A stretch of DNA of 64,000 nucleotides. Source: Scyliorhinus canicula (Eukaryota). How positions within the stretch are numbered: position 1 is the first letter of the stretch; each line of letters starts with the position of its first letter. Where the stretch lies: assembly GCF_902713615.1 (NCBI RefSeq), contig NC_052147.1, forward strand, positions 232,631,758-232,695,757. The letters run 5' to 3'. The notes below the pieces were generated by a model. The model did not search any database and had not been told where the DNA came from. It worked only from the letters and a program-made list of their open reading frames with translations. The position numbers were made by a program, and so were the translations under genes. Positions 24,486-37,979 of the stretch are shown piece by piece.

Positions 24486-25239
24486 GAAAGCAAGGCACAT
24501 CTGAACCTTGACTGCTCTAAAATGGCCTGATTTCATATAATAGATGCCTGGTATTTTTAATTTGTCACCTCAGTTGTTCTGTGTTACCAATGGACTCCTT
24601 TCCTATGTAATGTCTTAACTATGATAAATGGACCATGGAAGGAATCAGGCCACAAGGAAAGCATGGTCAGAAAAGAACATCAAAGCATTAAAATCAAGGT
24701 TGAGAAAAGGTCATTTGACCCATATATATTTCTTGGCAGGTTGTTCCATATGTTTATCATTCAAAATTAAGTGATTTTTCCCCTTGTGTATTTTAGTGTA
24801 TTGTGTACTAATTCTAACCCTACTTTCTGGTTTACCTTATCTACACTACATGAAGATTTACTGTTTATACTGCAGCATGCTCTCCCCTAAACTTTGTTAA
24901 AATTTAAAATTCAAATTACTTTAATTAGACCTCATAGCTCAGTTCTTTTACACTACTTTGCAAGATGATCAAAATATCTCTCATGTTTAGTTTATACGTA
25001 TTCATTATCGGCCATGATTTAGCGGACTCATGTTAAAGTCCGGTTTTGGGCATGTTTGATGGGGAGTTTAGCAATGGCCCTGTTGACGAGATTACAGCCT
25101 GTATTCAATGGCACTTAGCCGCAAAAATGACCACCACGACATTTCTGGCACCGCCGTTTGATTCGCCCTATTTGTGTTCTGCAGCTTGCCGCTAACAATG
25201 GCTGCCTTTAAACACTCCATTACAACTTACTCCCAGTCA

Positions 25240-25470
25240 AGACACAAATGTGGCAGCGCACAGACCTGCTCCTCGCTTTCAGGATGCCGACTTCACAAGG
25301 TTTCCCCAGGCTGTGGATGGGAGGCTGACCTCCAAAGCGGATTGGAGGACCAGCAGCAGGGTCAGCAATGCCGCCTAGGAGGCAGTGGTTGTCAGTGGAG
25401 GCAGCATGTCAAGGAGGACACCGTCCAAAGTCGAAAGAAGACCAATGGCCTCCACTGAGCTACAAAGGTA
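25240..25470 (+). pseudogene. Harbinger Myb/SANT-like ORF remnant
   Basis: Decayed RPAPRFQDAD...RKKTNGL followed by a GT donor; resembles the Harbinger Myb/SANT accessory protein; convergent with the transposase remnant. Confidence 0.5.
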
Positions 25471-25788
25471 AATTACCACCTCTCTCCTGGCATCAGTTCC
25501 GCCTGCCACCCCTCAAATTCCCAACGCCCCCCCAATCCACTGGCTGACACCACACACACTCCCCACATCCGATCATCATGTTTGTTCCTCAAAACCCAGA
25601 CTCCCACCAGCACAACTCTTTCATATCCCAGGTGCGGTGCCCACACATGCCACCTACTATAGACCCCCCGACCCATCAAGTGTGCGGATCCCAATGTGCC
25701 CTCTCTTGTCCCCGCAGAAGATAGCCCATAATAAATGTGAAAGTGCCAAGACAGGGGGAGGAATCCCAGAGATTTGAGTCCTCACTCC

Positions 25789-26933
25789 CTATGAGGAAAG
25801 GGTACTGGAAATTGCGGGATTGCTTGAGGAGAGAACAGTCTCCGACAGTGAGGTTGGCCTGCAACAGAAAGGTAAGGGCTCATCCTTCAGCCCCTCCTGG
25901 ACCCGTCCCTTCACCTCTTCCTCCAGTTTGTCGTGCTGCCGCAGTGCCAGATTGTGGAGAGCTGAGCAGACCACCAAGAAGTGGGAGACCCTCTGGTTGG
26001 TGTATTGCAGGACACCGCCAGAGCAGCCAAGGTATTGGAACCGCATCGTGAGCAGTCCAATGCTCCGCTCAACGACAACACGGGTGACAACATGGGCCTC
26101 ATTGTAACGGGTTTCCGCCTTGGTCTCAGTCCTCCGCCTCGGCATTATTAGCCATGTCCTCAGCGGGTATCCCTTTTCCTCCACGAGCCAACCAGTCATC
26201 CGGGTATCTCTGGGTGCCCCAAGATATAGCTGTCATGCACGCTGCCAGAGAAGCGTGCACACATGCATGATTCTGAGATGGTGGTTGCAACTGATTTGAA
26301 CATTCATCACTACCTGATGCCCCTGTGTGCACAGGACGACATGCGTGCCACCAATCGTCCCCGTTCATGGGGCATCCCGGCGATGGCAGAAAGTCCTGCA
26401 GCCCGGGCATCTTGATGGGTCTGGTCCAGGTTGAAGATGATAAATTCTGATGCCTGGGCATACAGAATATCCATCACCTCCTGGATGCACCTTTAGGCTG
26501 GACATTGCGATATGCCACATGGGTCCCTGCCCGAGCCCTGGAATGACCTGGTGGCACAAAGGTTTAGGGCTGCGGTGACCTTCACAGCCACCGGAAGCCG
26601 GTGTCCTCCTCCTCCATGAGGTGCCATGTCCGCGAGGAGGTTGCACAGGTACCGCACTGTCTGTCTGCTGAGGCACAGTCTTCTGCGGCACATGATGTTC
26701 GTCAGGTCATTGAATGACCAACGGTGCCTATACACCTTGGGTTATTACTGGTCTCCCCTTCTGGGTCCGTCGTCAGCCTGATGGGCGACTGGGTCTTCAG
26801 GGTGTGTACCCCCCTGCATATCGGGGACCACCTCCAGCCTGAGTTGGTGTTGCCGCCTTCTACGGTATCTGCCTGCCTGGGCTGTCACAAGCAACGCAAG
26901 GGCAGCCTCCACGGGATCAACACCAGGAATCAT
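25789..26933 (-). pseudogene. PIF/Harbinger (HARBI1-like) DDE transposase remnant
   Basis: CRRRLCLSRQTVRYLCNLL, LPVAVKVTAALNLCATRSFQ, KGYPLRTWLIMP, RYNEAHVVTRVVVERSIGLLTMRFQYL, CSALHNLA across frames. Confidence 0.85.
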
Positions 26934-27799
26934 TATTATAGCTGGAACAAATTAGAGGAGGGACAATGACAATTAGTTCGGGCTTTCATCCTGCCACCCT
27001 CAAATCCCCAAACCTCCCCGCCACCCTTACCATGACTGTCCCACCTTCTCTCAGAATGTCATCCGGCGAACCAGTTATGATGGCAAACCTCACCCTGTAC
27101 ACTCAACCCCGGCCCCGGAACCCCTAGACCTCAGACCTCTGCCAGGAGCATTAGAGAGGCTGCGCTCATCCACGCACGTACTCTTTGGCCGGGAAAGAGA
27201 TCTCAGTAGTGAAGTCCTGCTCTTTCGTGTTTGATTGTTGGCAGCTGCCTCAATGGTGCTGATGCTCTTTAGAGTTCAGGCACACTGTTCAGGCATTATA
27301 GATTGCTGGACATGCAGTGCACTAATCATCCTCTGTGACATGGCATCTGCACCTTCAAGGAGGCACTTGAGAGTTCAGGAGAGCAATGTGCTCTCACTTT
27401 GCATCAAGGCTAATCCTTCATTTCATATAATCCTAGGAGCTGGTTTAGCACAGGGCTAAATCGCCGGCTTTGAAAGCAGGCCAGCAGCACGGTTCAATTC
27501 CCGTACCAGCCTCCCTGAACAGGCGCTGGAATGTGGCGACTCGAGGCTTTTCACAGTAACTTCATTTGAAGCCTACTTGTGACAATAAGCGATTTTCATT
27601 TCATTTGAAATAGCCTTCAACTATGAAGCTGGAGGCTGCTCACAGTCAAAGGGGGTGAAACTGACTTTCAGGAGAGAAGCTGCAGCAGGGCTCTGACCTG
27701 GAAGTGTTTGGTAGGACAGAGGCTCAAGCTCTGGTTGCCCCAAAATATCTAAAGATGGCTTGAAGGCCTCACAGACGCAAAACCCCTCAGCCTCTTGGA

Positions 27800-28210
27800 T
27801 TCAGCTCTCAAGCGGAGAGACCCTTCCACCAGCATCACCAGAAGCAAGTAAGTTCAAGGTCAACGCTCGCTACCAGATGGACGACCTTAGCTGTACTCCT
27901 GTTACCTCTTCGAACCCAACAGCCTCAGATCCGAACAACCTAGGTGAGCACCCGAGGTTAAGTATAGGTGTTAGTGATAGATATAGTTTAGCCCGTAGTG
28001 TTATTGTGCATGAGGAGATCTTACTGTGTAAATAAAGTAGTATTGACTTTGAACTAACTAACTGGTGTATTGGCTCTTTGATCGGTATTCGGGTTGAACC
28101 TTGTGGCGGTATCGAGAGATACCTGGCGACTCTGAAAGTATACTTATAATTAGAATTAAGAAAGGCGACCTTATTAACCGCCATATTTATAACAAGTAAA
28201 CAGAGCAACA
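27800..28210 (+). mobile_element. Partial LTR (R/U5 end)
   Basis: AATAAA at about 28031, ends GCAACA; shares a GGTATC-N-GATACC motif with the 14830-15765 LTR. Confidence 0.5.
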
Positions 28211-28438
28211 GGTTTACAAAAGTTCAGCATGACATCCTTGCTTTTGCACTCAATACAGGTACCTCTATTTATGAAGCATCAGATCCCATATACATCGCTC
28301 ATGACTCTCTGAAAAGGTCCTGCCACCTTCAAAGATCTACGCACATGGACCTCCAAGTCCCTCTGTTCCATAACACAGTCTTTAGAATTGTGCCATTAAT
28401 TCTATATTTCCTCTCCCTATCGCTTCTGCTTAAATGCA

Positions 28439-28555
28439 TCACCGCGCAACATGTCGGAGACCTATAGCGGGCCTGCGCGGAAGGAAGTAGGCCCCCTCCA
28501 GATCACGGGCACCCGCCAATCGGAAGCCCCCGATTGCGGGCCTGGACCCCGTGGA

Positions 28556-28588
<33 letters not shown>

Positions 28589-28912
28589 CCCCCCCCCCCC
28601 CCCCCCCCCCCCCGGAGTCAGATCCACCCCGCTCCCCCCACCAGGACGTCCACCGCGGCCGGGGGTCCGAGTTACTGCCGGGTGGTACCGGGTTGGAACC
28701 ATGCCGGTGGGACTCAGCAGGAGTTCGGCCAATTAACCGCGGAGAATCGGTGCGGGGGCCACTGGACCGGCCCTGCGGAAACCGCGTGGGTGCAATTGCC
28801 GCCGATTCTCCGATCGCCGAAGAATTGCATCCTGGCGTCAGAGCGGCGTGGCGGGAATTTCCCGCTTCCCTGGTGATTCTCCGACCTGGGGCAGGCTCGG
28901 AGAATCCCACCC
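28439..28912. mobile_element. Harbinger-type MITE half with a ~55-nt poly-C tract
   Basis: Ends GGAGAATCCCACCC; GC-rich body like the other MITEs. Confidence 0.65.
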
Positions 28913-29724
28913 CTGATGTTTTCTGTAGTCGGTAGCAAATGAGGGGTTTTGTCACTGGCCTCGATGAAAGCTGCTGACAAAGGTTTAGTGAATTCTGCAG
29001 CATGTATTTCACCTTTCCCAAATGTCACTTGGATTCCTGGCACCAGCTTTAGGGGATTTCTACCATTTGGCAATAATGATGCCACCAACAGGCTAAGCAG
29101 CCAATCACATTGAAGAATTCTGACAGAGAGTAAAACTGAGAGGTGACAAGTATATTTTATTACATACAGAGCACATCAGCTGTTGACGCGAGAGCATTTT
29201 CACACTTTTTATAGTTATTGGAGTGAAGATGTGGATGAAGATAGAAGCTGAAATAACATAAACTTTAAAAAAAGGAATTTCATTATTTTCAAAATCTATG
29301 GAATTTTTTATCATGGAAGAGAGAAATTTGACATTCCAATGCAGGGCCGCCTTTCTGCGCGGAGCAGCGCGCAGCACTCCAGCACCGTGCTGGCCCCCTG
29401 AAAGCCACTGAATTGCTGGGCCAGGAGGCTCGTTGACTCCGGCGTAGACCACTCTGGTGTTCATGCCGGCGTCAACACTTGGCTGGGATTTCAGAGAATC
29501 CCGGCCCAGATGTCAGTTCAAGATCATTTTCTCACTTGTTCCTGGGAACTAGTGGCATTTTCAGATCCTTTTCACCCAAGAATCCCAAAGCAGTGAGTGA
29601 ATTAGAAAAACTGTCTTTTACAGTCATTACCTCCTCGATCTTGGATAGGTACCTACAGGAGTCTGTCTGCCAGATTGAAAAGACTAGAAGAGCAAGGATG
29701 TTCTTGCTCTCGAGGGAGTGCGGC

Positions 29725-30505
29725 GAAGGTTTACCAGACTGATTTCAGGGATGGCGGGGCTGTCATATGAGGAGAGATTGACGAGGTTAGGATTGTTCTC
29801 GCTGGAGTTCAGAAGAATGAGGGGTGATCTCATAGAGGCTTATAAAATTCTAACAGGACTACACAGGGTAGATGCAGGGAAGATGTTCCCAATGGTGGGT
29901 GCGTCCAAAACCAGGGGTCACAGTCTGAGGATTCAGGGTAACCATTTTGGCAGAGATGAGGAAACATTTCTTCAGCCAAAGAGTGGTGAGCCTGTGGAAT
30001 TCATTACCACAGGAAGTAGTTGATGCTAAAACATTGAATATATTCAAAAGACGGCTAGATACAGCACTTGGGGCGAATGTGATCAGCTACGGGGAGAAAG
30101 CAGGATTATGCTACTGAGTTGGATGATCAGCCACGGTAGCACAAGTGGCTAGCACTGTGGCTTCACAGCACCAGGGTCTCAGGTTCGATTCCCCAATGGG
30201 TCACTGTCTGTGCGGAGTCTGCACGTTCTCCCCGTGTTGGCATGGGTTTCCTCCGGGTGCTCCGGTTTCCTTCCACAGTCCAAAGACGTGCAGGTCAGGT
30301 GGATTGGCCATGATAAATTGCCCTTAGTGTCCAAAAAGGTTAGGAGGGATTATTGGGTTGTGGGGATGGGGTGAAAGTGAGGGCTTAAGTGGGTCAGTGC
30401 AGACTCGATGGGCCGAATGGCCTCCTGCACTGTATGTACTATGTTCAATGTACTATGTTCATGCTCGAAGAGCCAAAAGGCCTCCTCCTGCTCCTATCTT
30501 CTATA
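29725..30505 (+). mobile_element. CR1 3' fragment with a SINE (about 30133-30460) nested in its tail
   Basis: GLSYEERLTRLGLFSLEFRRMRGDLIEAYKIL; SINE A/B boxes. Confidence 0.85.
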
Positions 30506-30727
30506 TATCTATGTATGTATGTAGAAATAACATTTTTCAACCATACTGGAGCAGCACTATTCTCACAAGCCCATAGGCCTCCTGTCTGCATTCCCTAACA
30601 TCAGTGACAGGGTTATAGAAAGATTTGATCGAAGTAGTTTCTTCTCAAAGTGGCCACACATATTCCCATTGCAGCCTGGCCCCACAAAGGAGTGAACAAA
30701 TTGTTAAGAGATATAGAAGATGCTGTT

Positions 30728-32465
30728 TTATTTATTTTTCTCCTCCGTTTTCACATTTTCTCCCAAATTTACACCCACCAACAATAAACAATAATCAGTA
30801 ACGAATGCAATGTCAATCCCTGGGTGGAATTCTCCGATCCCCTGCAGGGTCGGGGAATCGCCCGGGGCCGGCGTAAATCCCGCCCCCGCCCTGGCCGGAA
30901 TGCTACATCACCCGGGAATCACGCCCCGCCGATCGGCGTGCCCCCCGCACCGATCGGCGTGCCCCCCGCGGCGATTCTCCAGCCCGCGATGGACTGAAGT
31001 CCCGCCGCTGACAGGCCAATCCCGCCGACGTGGTTTAAACCACCTCTGGTGCCGGCGGGATTGGCAGCGCGAGCGGGTCCCCGGGGGGGGGGGGGGGGGG
31101 GCGTGGGGCGATCGGACCCCGAAGGGTGCCCCCACGGTGGCCTGGCCCGCGATCGGGGCCCACCAATCGGCGGGCGGGCCAGTGCCATGGGGGCACTCTT
31201 TTTCTTCTGCTGCCACCACAGCCTCCACCATGGCGGAGGCGGAAGAGACCCCCCCCTACCACGCATGCGCCGGTGGTGACGTCAGCGGCCACTGACGCAC
31301 CGGCGCATGCGCGGACCGGCGAAGGCCTTTCGACCAGCCCCGACGCCGGGCGGCGTAGCGCCAAAGGCCATTGGTGCCAGTTTTGGCGCTGGCGGGCGGA
31401 GTGGAAACCACTCCGGCACGGGCCTAGCCCCTAAAGGTGCGGAGAATTCCGCACCTTTGGGGAGGCCCGACGCTGGAGTGGTTGGCTCCACTCATCTACG
31501 CCGGGACCCCCCGCCCCACCGGGTAGGGGAGAATCCCGGCCCCTATATCAATAACAACAATCCCATCCCCCCACCATCCCCCCAAATATTGGCCCGCATG
31601 TTAACATAAACAAATAACAAAAAGGAATCAGGAACCACCCATAGTCACCATTAATACATACAGTCCCCTTCCCCCCAACTCTCCCAAAACCCCCCCCCCT
31701 AATGTTCGATGTAATCCAATTTTCGAAAGTGCATAATGAATAATGGCCATGATTTGCAGAACCCCTCCATCCTTCCCCTCAGTTCAAATTTGACCTTCTC
31801 AAGAGTCAAGAATTCCAGCAGGTCCCCCTGCCACGCCAGGGCACAGGGTGGAGAGGTTGATCTCCATCCCAACAGGATCTGCCTTCGGCGATCAACAAGG
31901 TGAAGGCTACAACATCTGCCTCCTCAAAGAGTCGGCACATCCTCACCCTTGTAAGGTGTACTCTATATACAACCTTAACTCTATCAGCCCAACCTCGCAC
32001 ATGAGGGTGGAGGCATTCACCCTCCAGCGGCTCCTCACATCAGAACCCCTCCTCCATACCCTCTCCCATTCCCGTACCAGCCTCCCCGAACAGGCGACGG
32101 AATGTGGCGACTGGGGGCTTTTCACAGTAATTACATTTGAAGCCTACTCGTGACAATAAGTGATTTTCATTTCATTTCATTAATTTCATTTCATTTTCAA
32201 CTCTTCCTCCCACTTTGCCTTGATCCCATCCTTCTCCTCTTCCAAAATAGCCCCAGAAACCATCAACATTACCCCCTGTTCCAGTCCCCCTGTCGTCAGC
32301 ACCTCCTCCAGCAATGTGGAGGCCGGCTCTACCGGGAAGCTCTGCATCTCCTTCCTGGTAAAATCTCGAACCTGCATGAATCTAAATATTTCCTCCTGCT
32401 CCAGCCCATACTTCGCTCCCAGCTCCTTCAATCCTGCAAACCAACCCCCAAGAAACAAATCTTTT
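30728..32465 (-). mobile_element. L1/Tx1-type 3' fragment with nested MITE and SINE
   Basis: Homologous to 12790-14283 in reverse (QSFPVEPASTLLEE, GIKAKWEEEL). Confidence 0.8.
30822..31541. mobile_element. Harbinger-type MITE
   Basis: GGGTGGAATTCTCC / GGAGAATCCCGGCC; 3-bp TSD CCT; same family as 62576-63194, in opposite orientation. Confidence 0.82.
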
Positions 32466-32839
32466 AGTGTGCTAATTCCTAGAAGATGATGGTTGATGCA
32501 CATAGAGGGTAATTTTATGCTTTGTGCTCCCAGCAAGGAACGTTGTATGCTGAGGAACACATGTTAAAAATTCAAGTATACGTATTATTTTTCAACCATT
32601 TAAAATTAGCACATGCCTGAAAGTCTGCTATGCGGCAGGTGAGACACTGCACCAAGAGCGCCAAGTTGGAAAATGACCCCAGACATATTGACATGTGCAA
32701 GCCCGGCGCGGGGGTCAGAGAATCGCCCCCATAATCTAGCCTTTGCTACAACTGGACTCTTCCCCACAGAGCAATGGAGGTTGGGTCATTGAACATATTC
32801 AAGGCTGAGTTAGACAGATTTGTTGACCTACAAAGTCCA

Positions 32840-33313
32840 AAGAACAAAGAACAGTACAGCACAGGAACAGGCCCTTCAGCCCTCCAAGCGTGCGCCGACC
32901 ATGCTGCCTGTGTAAACTAAAATCTTCTACATTTCCGGGGTCCGTATTCCTCTATTCCCATCACTCAGAGGTCGCGTAGCTATTTACGCCATTGCTCGGG
33001 GGTCGCTCCAATCCACCTAACCTGCACATCTTTGGACTGTGGGAGGCAGCACAGTGGCACAGTGGTTAGCATTGCTGCCTCACCACGTCGAGGTTCCATG
33101 TTCGATCCCGGCTCTGGGTCACCGTCCGTGTGAAGTCCGCACATTCTCCCAGCATCTGCGTAAATAAATCTTTGGACTGTGGGAGGAAACCGGAGCACCT
33201 GGTGGAAACCCACGCAGACACGGGGAGAATGTGCAGACTCCGCACAGACAGTGACCCAAGCCGGGAATCGAACCTGGGATACTGGAGCGGTGAAGCAACT
33301 GTGCTACCGTGCT
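32840..33313. mobile_element. Nested HE1-like SINEs (a plus-strand head inside a minus-strand copy)
   Basis: Plus head 33045-33160 sits between two copies of atctttggactgtgggagg within a minus-strand SINE. Confidence 0.7.
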
Positions 33314-34278
33314 GACCTGATGCACTATCCCCGATAATTCATCTCAACCTGTGTGGTCTTTGATATGACTGACTTCACCATCCTCTGTGAACTGCTTCCT
33401 CTTTCATCAAACTGAATGGGACCATCAACAGCAAGATTCTTGCTTATCCAGTCATAATCAGAGAAACTGCTCAATTGGGTTCTCTAACCCCCCACCCCCA
33501 GTATTTTTGAAGTCTCCAGTGTACTTATCCTTGGCCTCCTCATTTTCATCTAGACTGGAGACATTATTCAAAGACATATGTCATGTACTACATGTATGCT
33601 ACAAACACCCAGTGTCACCTCACCACCACTTCCCTCCAGTAACTCTGTTGTTAACAGAGTGCTTGTCCCACTTCCAGTTCAATTAAACACTGTGAACCAA
33701 TGCCAATTATATATATATATACATATACTTTTATATATATATTATAGCATTGTTGTGTTGGATGAGAAATAATTGTAGAACACAGTTGAAGTCAAGACTT
33801 GCTTTCCAGCTTTTTATTAGAGACACCATCAGAGCTAAACAATGGTAACAGAGGATGGTTTCTGCAAGCAAGTTTTTTTTTAAAATTGCAAACTAAAATT
33901 TCTTCAAACGAAAGACTGTATTCGAACCTGGAAGAGTGATTTGGATTAACTTGGAAAACAAATGGCTGAACCAAAGATAAAGAGTGTTGCGGTATGACTA
34001 CACCATTATTTTATGAGTGTTACCTTTATGACCAATGGAAGAATGAAGGGAGTCAAGGATTACGGGTCAGGAGAGTGAAGTCAGGCCACAATCAGATCAG
34101 CCATGATCTTGTTGAATGGTGGAGCAAGATCGATGGGCCAAATAGCTTACTGCTGCTCCCATTTCCTACTATCTTATGATCTTTTAATTGCACAAGAAAC
34201 ACATAGAATTGCAAGATAATAATGAAATCTGCAATATGTTAAAAAAAACAGTGTATACAATTTATTAAATATACTCAC

Positions 34279-34396
34279 CGGGTGGAAGTCCTGGACTCAT
34301 TTGTCCAATATAAATGTAGATGAAAAATGCCACAGCAATATTAATTAAGGCATAAATCCAATGGATCACAAACATGATTACAATGGACACTATTGC
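34279..34396 (-). CDS. SLC12A8: SLC12A8 coding exon (118 bp), C-terminal TM pair
   Basis: ttttcatAG|...|GTgagt; encodes AIVSIVIMFVIHWIYALINIAVAFFIYIYIGQMSPGLPP; phase 0 to phase 1. Confidence 0.94.
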
Positions 34397-35374
34397 CTAT
34401 GAAAAAACAATGAAATAAAATCAGTTAAGAAAATGCAGTGTTTTAACCTGACTTTGCCCAATTATGTACACAAAGAGCAATCTTGGGATGTAGTTTTTTA
34501 TAGAAGTATGTCTAGAAGCATCACTAATATTTATGCAGACATTCAAGTTATTTGCAGAAATTAAAGGCATGATTACAATTTTTGTTCCAATTAACTCTTC
34601 ACGGAAATAGTTGAGCCGATTACACAATGCTTTTTAGGGAATTGTGATAAAAAAAATTGAAGATACGTGAAATATGCATTTTTAAAAAAATAAGCCTTTT
34701 TTGTACGTACAATGCTATGCATTTTCTCTGAACAGATATACAGACAGTGTTTACAACTAAAATTATCTGATAAAGGCTTAATCTCAACAAGAAGAGTCTT
34801 CCTCGCATTATAGGGTAACGAATGGTTTGTATTTATCCAGCTAGTTTAAATTTTGTGTTGCAACAATTCTAAATACAGAAAAATCAACATGACAAGATCA
34901 CCAATATTTAATCAACACCTAGCACTGAAATTGGACATACAAGTAATTTATAGTATTTCCTATAAATAATTATACTTTCTCCCGCAAACATACAAAATAA
35001 AAGCAAAAACGCCTGATGGATGTCGTACATGACATCATTTTCTAGCATTTTCCAGTTTGACGTGCAGTTAAATGCTTCATGACCCCAGAGAATCAATCCG
35101 ACATACAGACTGCTGTTCAACTTTGACGAATTTTATTTATGATTGAGGTAGCAATCACTGTTTCTCCACAGCAGAGTGTGATACATTCCTTACTACCCAA
35201 TCTTGTTGTTCAGAAATAGAGCATACCAGCACCTTGAGACATTCTGCCTTGTCAGAAACCGAAATTCTAAAGGTATTGATCAGTGAAATCGTAGGAGGCT
35301 TCAATGAGAGAATCTAGGCTAGTAGAAAGACAAAGAAATAGCATGGCTCTTCAAAGGAACTGACAGGATGTAGT

Positions 35375-36680
35375 ATGGGGCTTCTTCTTGTTAGGTAGTC
35401 TCTTGGAGTTGAGGGTAACCTGCTTTCAGGCTAAAAATGGGTTGTCAGGTGACTGAGGAGTCCAATGTGCGAACTACAGTCTCTGTCGCAGGTGGGGCAG
35501 AGGATGGTTGGAGGAGCGGGTGGATGGGGTGCCTGGGTTGTCATACACTCTTTTCATTGTCAGCGCTTGGCTTCAGTTTGCTCTTGATGATGAAATTCAA
35601 GGTGTTCAGTTTCTTCCCGGATACTTTTCCTCCACTTCGGGTGGTCTTGGGTCAGGGATTCCCAGGTATCGGTGGGAATGTTATACTTTTTCATGGAGTC
35701 TTTGAGGGTGATCCTTGAAGGGTTACCTCTGTCCTCCTGGAGCTTGCTTGCCAGTTGAAGCTCAGAGCAGAGTGCTTGTTTGATAGTCTCATGTCACACA
35801 CGTGGACCACATGGACTGCCCGGAGGAGCTGATTGAATGTGGTCAATGCTTCAATGCTGGGGATGTTGGCTTGAGCGAGAACACTGATGTCAGTGCGCCC
35901 ATTTTGCTGATGGGTTTGCAGGATCTTAGAGGCGGTGCTGTCAACCTCTCCAGGGCTTTGAGGTGCCTGCTGTACATAGTCCATATCTCTGATACAAAAA
36001 GGAGGATAGGTATCACTGCTACGCTGTAGACCATGAGCTTGGTGCCGGGACTGAGAGCCTGGTCTTCAAACACTCTCTTCCTCAGGTGACTAAATGCTGT
36101 GCTGGCAAACGTAAGGCAGTTTTGAACTTCATTGTCAATGTCTGCCCTTGTTGACAGCAGGCTCCTAAGATAAGGAAAATGGTCCACGTTGTCCAAGATC
36201 TTGTTGTGGAGTTTGATAACTTTGGTGCACTGCTATGTGGCAGGTGCAAGGTGGTAGAGGACCTTTGTCTTCCAGATGTTTCGTGTAAGGTCCATGCTCT
36301 TATACGCCTCAGCAAAGGTTTTGATGATGGCTTAGAGCTCGGCCTCTGAGTGTGCGCAAATGCAAGCATTATCAGAGCATGGGATTACCTTGGATCTGGC
36401 CTGCAGGAGGTGGAGGTTGAATAGATTTAGATTTCTGTTTGTTCTGTAGTTTAGCTCCACTCCAGCGAGGAGCTGGCTGAGGGTGAGATGGAACATTTCA
36501 GCAAGGAAGATTGAGAAGTGCGTCAGTGCGATGACACCGCCTTGCTTGACCCCAGTCCAACGGGAATTGGGTCTGTGGTGGATCCGTTGGTCAGGATCAT
36601 GGCTTGCATGTCATCATGGATGATGGTGACAAACCTTTGGGGCAGCCAAAATAGAGTGCAGTCCATAATCCCTTGCATTA
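35375..36680 (-). mobile_element. RTE-clade LINE 3' fragment
   Basis: VDHFPYLRSLLS..DIDNEVQ..ASTAFSHLRKRVF..TKLMVY..IPILLFVSEIW; aagaag-type tail near 35385. Confidence 0.8.
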
Positions 36681-37244
36681 TAGGGTAACTATGAAATGAC
36701 AAATATCCTGAACAATTTTATGTCAATGCAAGAATTCATTGACTCTCTCCTGGAAGTGAGAATTGCTTTTCCAGAAAATAATGAGGACATTTTCAGAATA
36801 ACAGGAATGATTGATAAGGAGGTGACAGAAATACAGGGCTGAATTTAGGTGCCATGACCATTTTCAAAAACCCTGACAGAATTCAATGACAATCAGCTAG
36901 TTAACTGCTTTTGATCAGACTTCCATGCCTTTAAGAGCAGAGATTCCACCTCGAAGAGCTGCTGGCCATTCAGAGAGCGGTTAGCTTTTCAGTTCCAGCA
37001 GTGCCAACAAGAGTGATGGCCATTGCTGGTACAACCGAAGGCCCCAGATCAGCCTCGTGGAGGAGGCTCCAATGTACAGACAATTTGGTCAGGCTCATTG
37101 TGCAGGCTCAAGTGAAAGGGAGAGGATGCATCTTTGCCCAACTAAGGTTTTTCTTCAGCAGGGCCAGCCCTTCCCACCAAGGGGGGGCTCCATGGGCCGC
37201 AGGGTGTCCAATTCTCCCACTGTTCACGAGAATGGTCCCTGGAA

Positions 37245-37695
37245 AGAACAGCTTGTTGTATGAGGAATGGTTGAGGACTCTGGGTCTATACTCCTTGTAG
37301 TTTAGAAGGATGAGGGGGGATCTTATTGAAACTTACAGGATACTGCAAGGCCTGGATAGAGTGCACCTGGAGAAGATGTTTTCACCTGCAGCAAAATCTA
37401 GAAGCAGAGGACACAATCTCAGACTGAAGGGACGATCCTTTAAAACAGAGATGAGGAGGAATTTCTTCAGCCAGAGGGTGGTGAACTTGTGGAACTCTTT
37501 GCCGCAGAAGGCTGTGGAGGCCAAATCACTGAGCGTCTTTAAAACAGAGATAGATAGGTTTTTGATCAATTAGGGGGTCAGGGGTTATGGGGAGAAGGCA
37601 GGAGAATGGGGATGAGAAAAATATCAGCCATGATTGAATGGCGGAGCAGACTCAATGGGCCGAGTGGCCTAATTCTGCTTCTGTGTCTTATGGTC
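37245..37695 (+). mobile_element. CR1 3' fragment
   Basis: MRGDLIETYRIL...RGHNLRL..FKTEMRRNFFSQRVVNLWNSLP. Confidence 0.9.
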
Positions 37696-37979
37696 TCATG
37701 AGCAGCTTCCCCGCATAGTCTATGGCCCTTCTGTCCTGGTTGTATGCCAGTGATGGCACCATGAGACCCATTAACTGGAAAGAAAAGGAGCTCAATTGGA
37801 CTCCGGGTGGGAAGATTCTCCTTGCCATTTCCTGACTTTGACTTAGACAAGGGGAGTCAGGACCCAGTAAGTCATGAGGTTTGTGGATTATGCTCCAAAT
37901 ATTAGGATGTCCAAGAATCCTCACTACAAACCTGCCATTGCTTCATTATAATAGATTGCAGTAGTATTCAGTGGGAGTT

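Noticed and set aside
28439-29088. Poly-Pro / poly-Gly ORFs
   Set aside because: These are translations of a poly-C tract inside a MITE.
33792-33974. Possible extra SLC12A8 exon after ttccAG at ~33927
   Set aside because: An in-frame stop follows quickly, and the 22378-22438 exon already supplies the expected sequence and phase.
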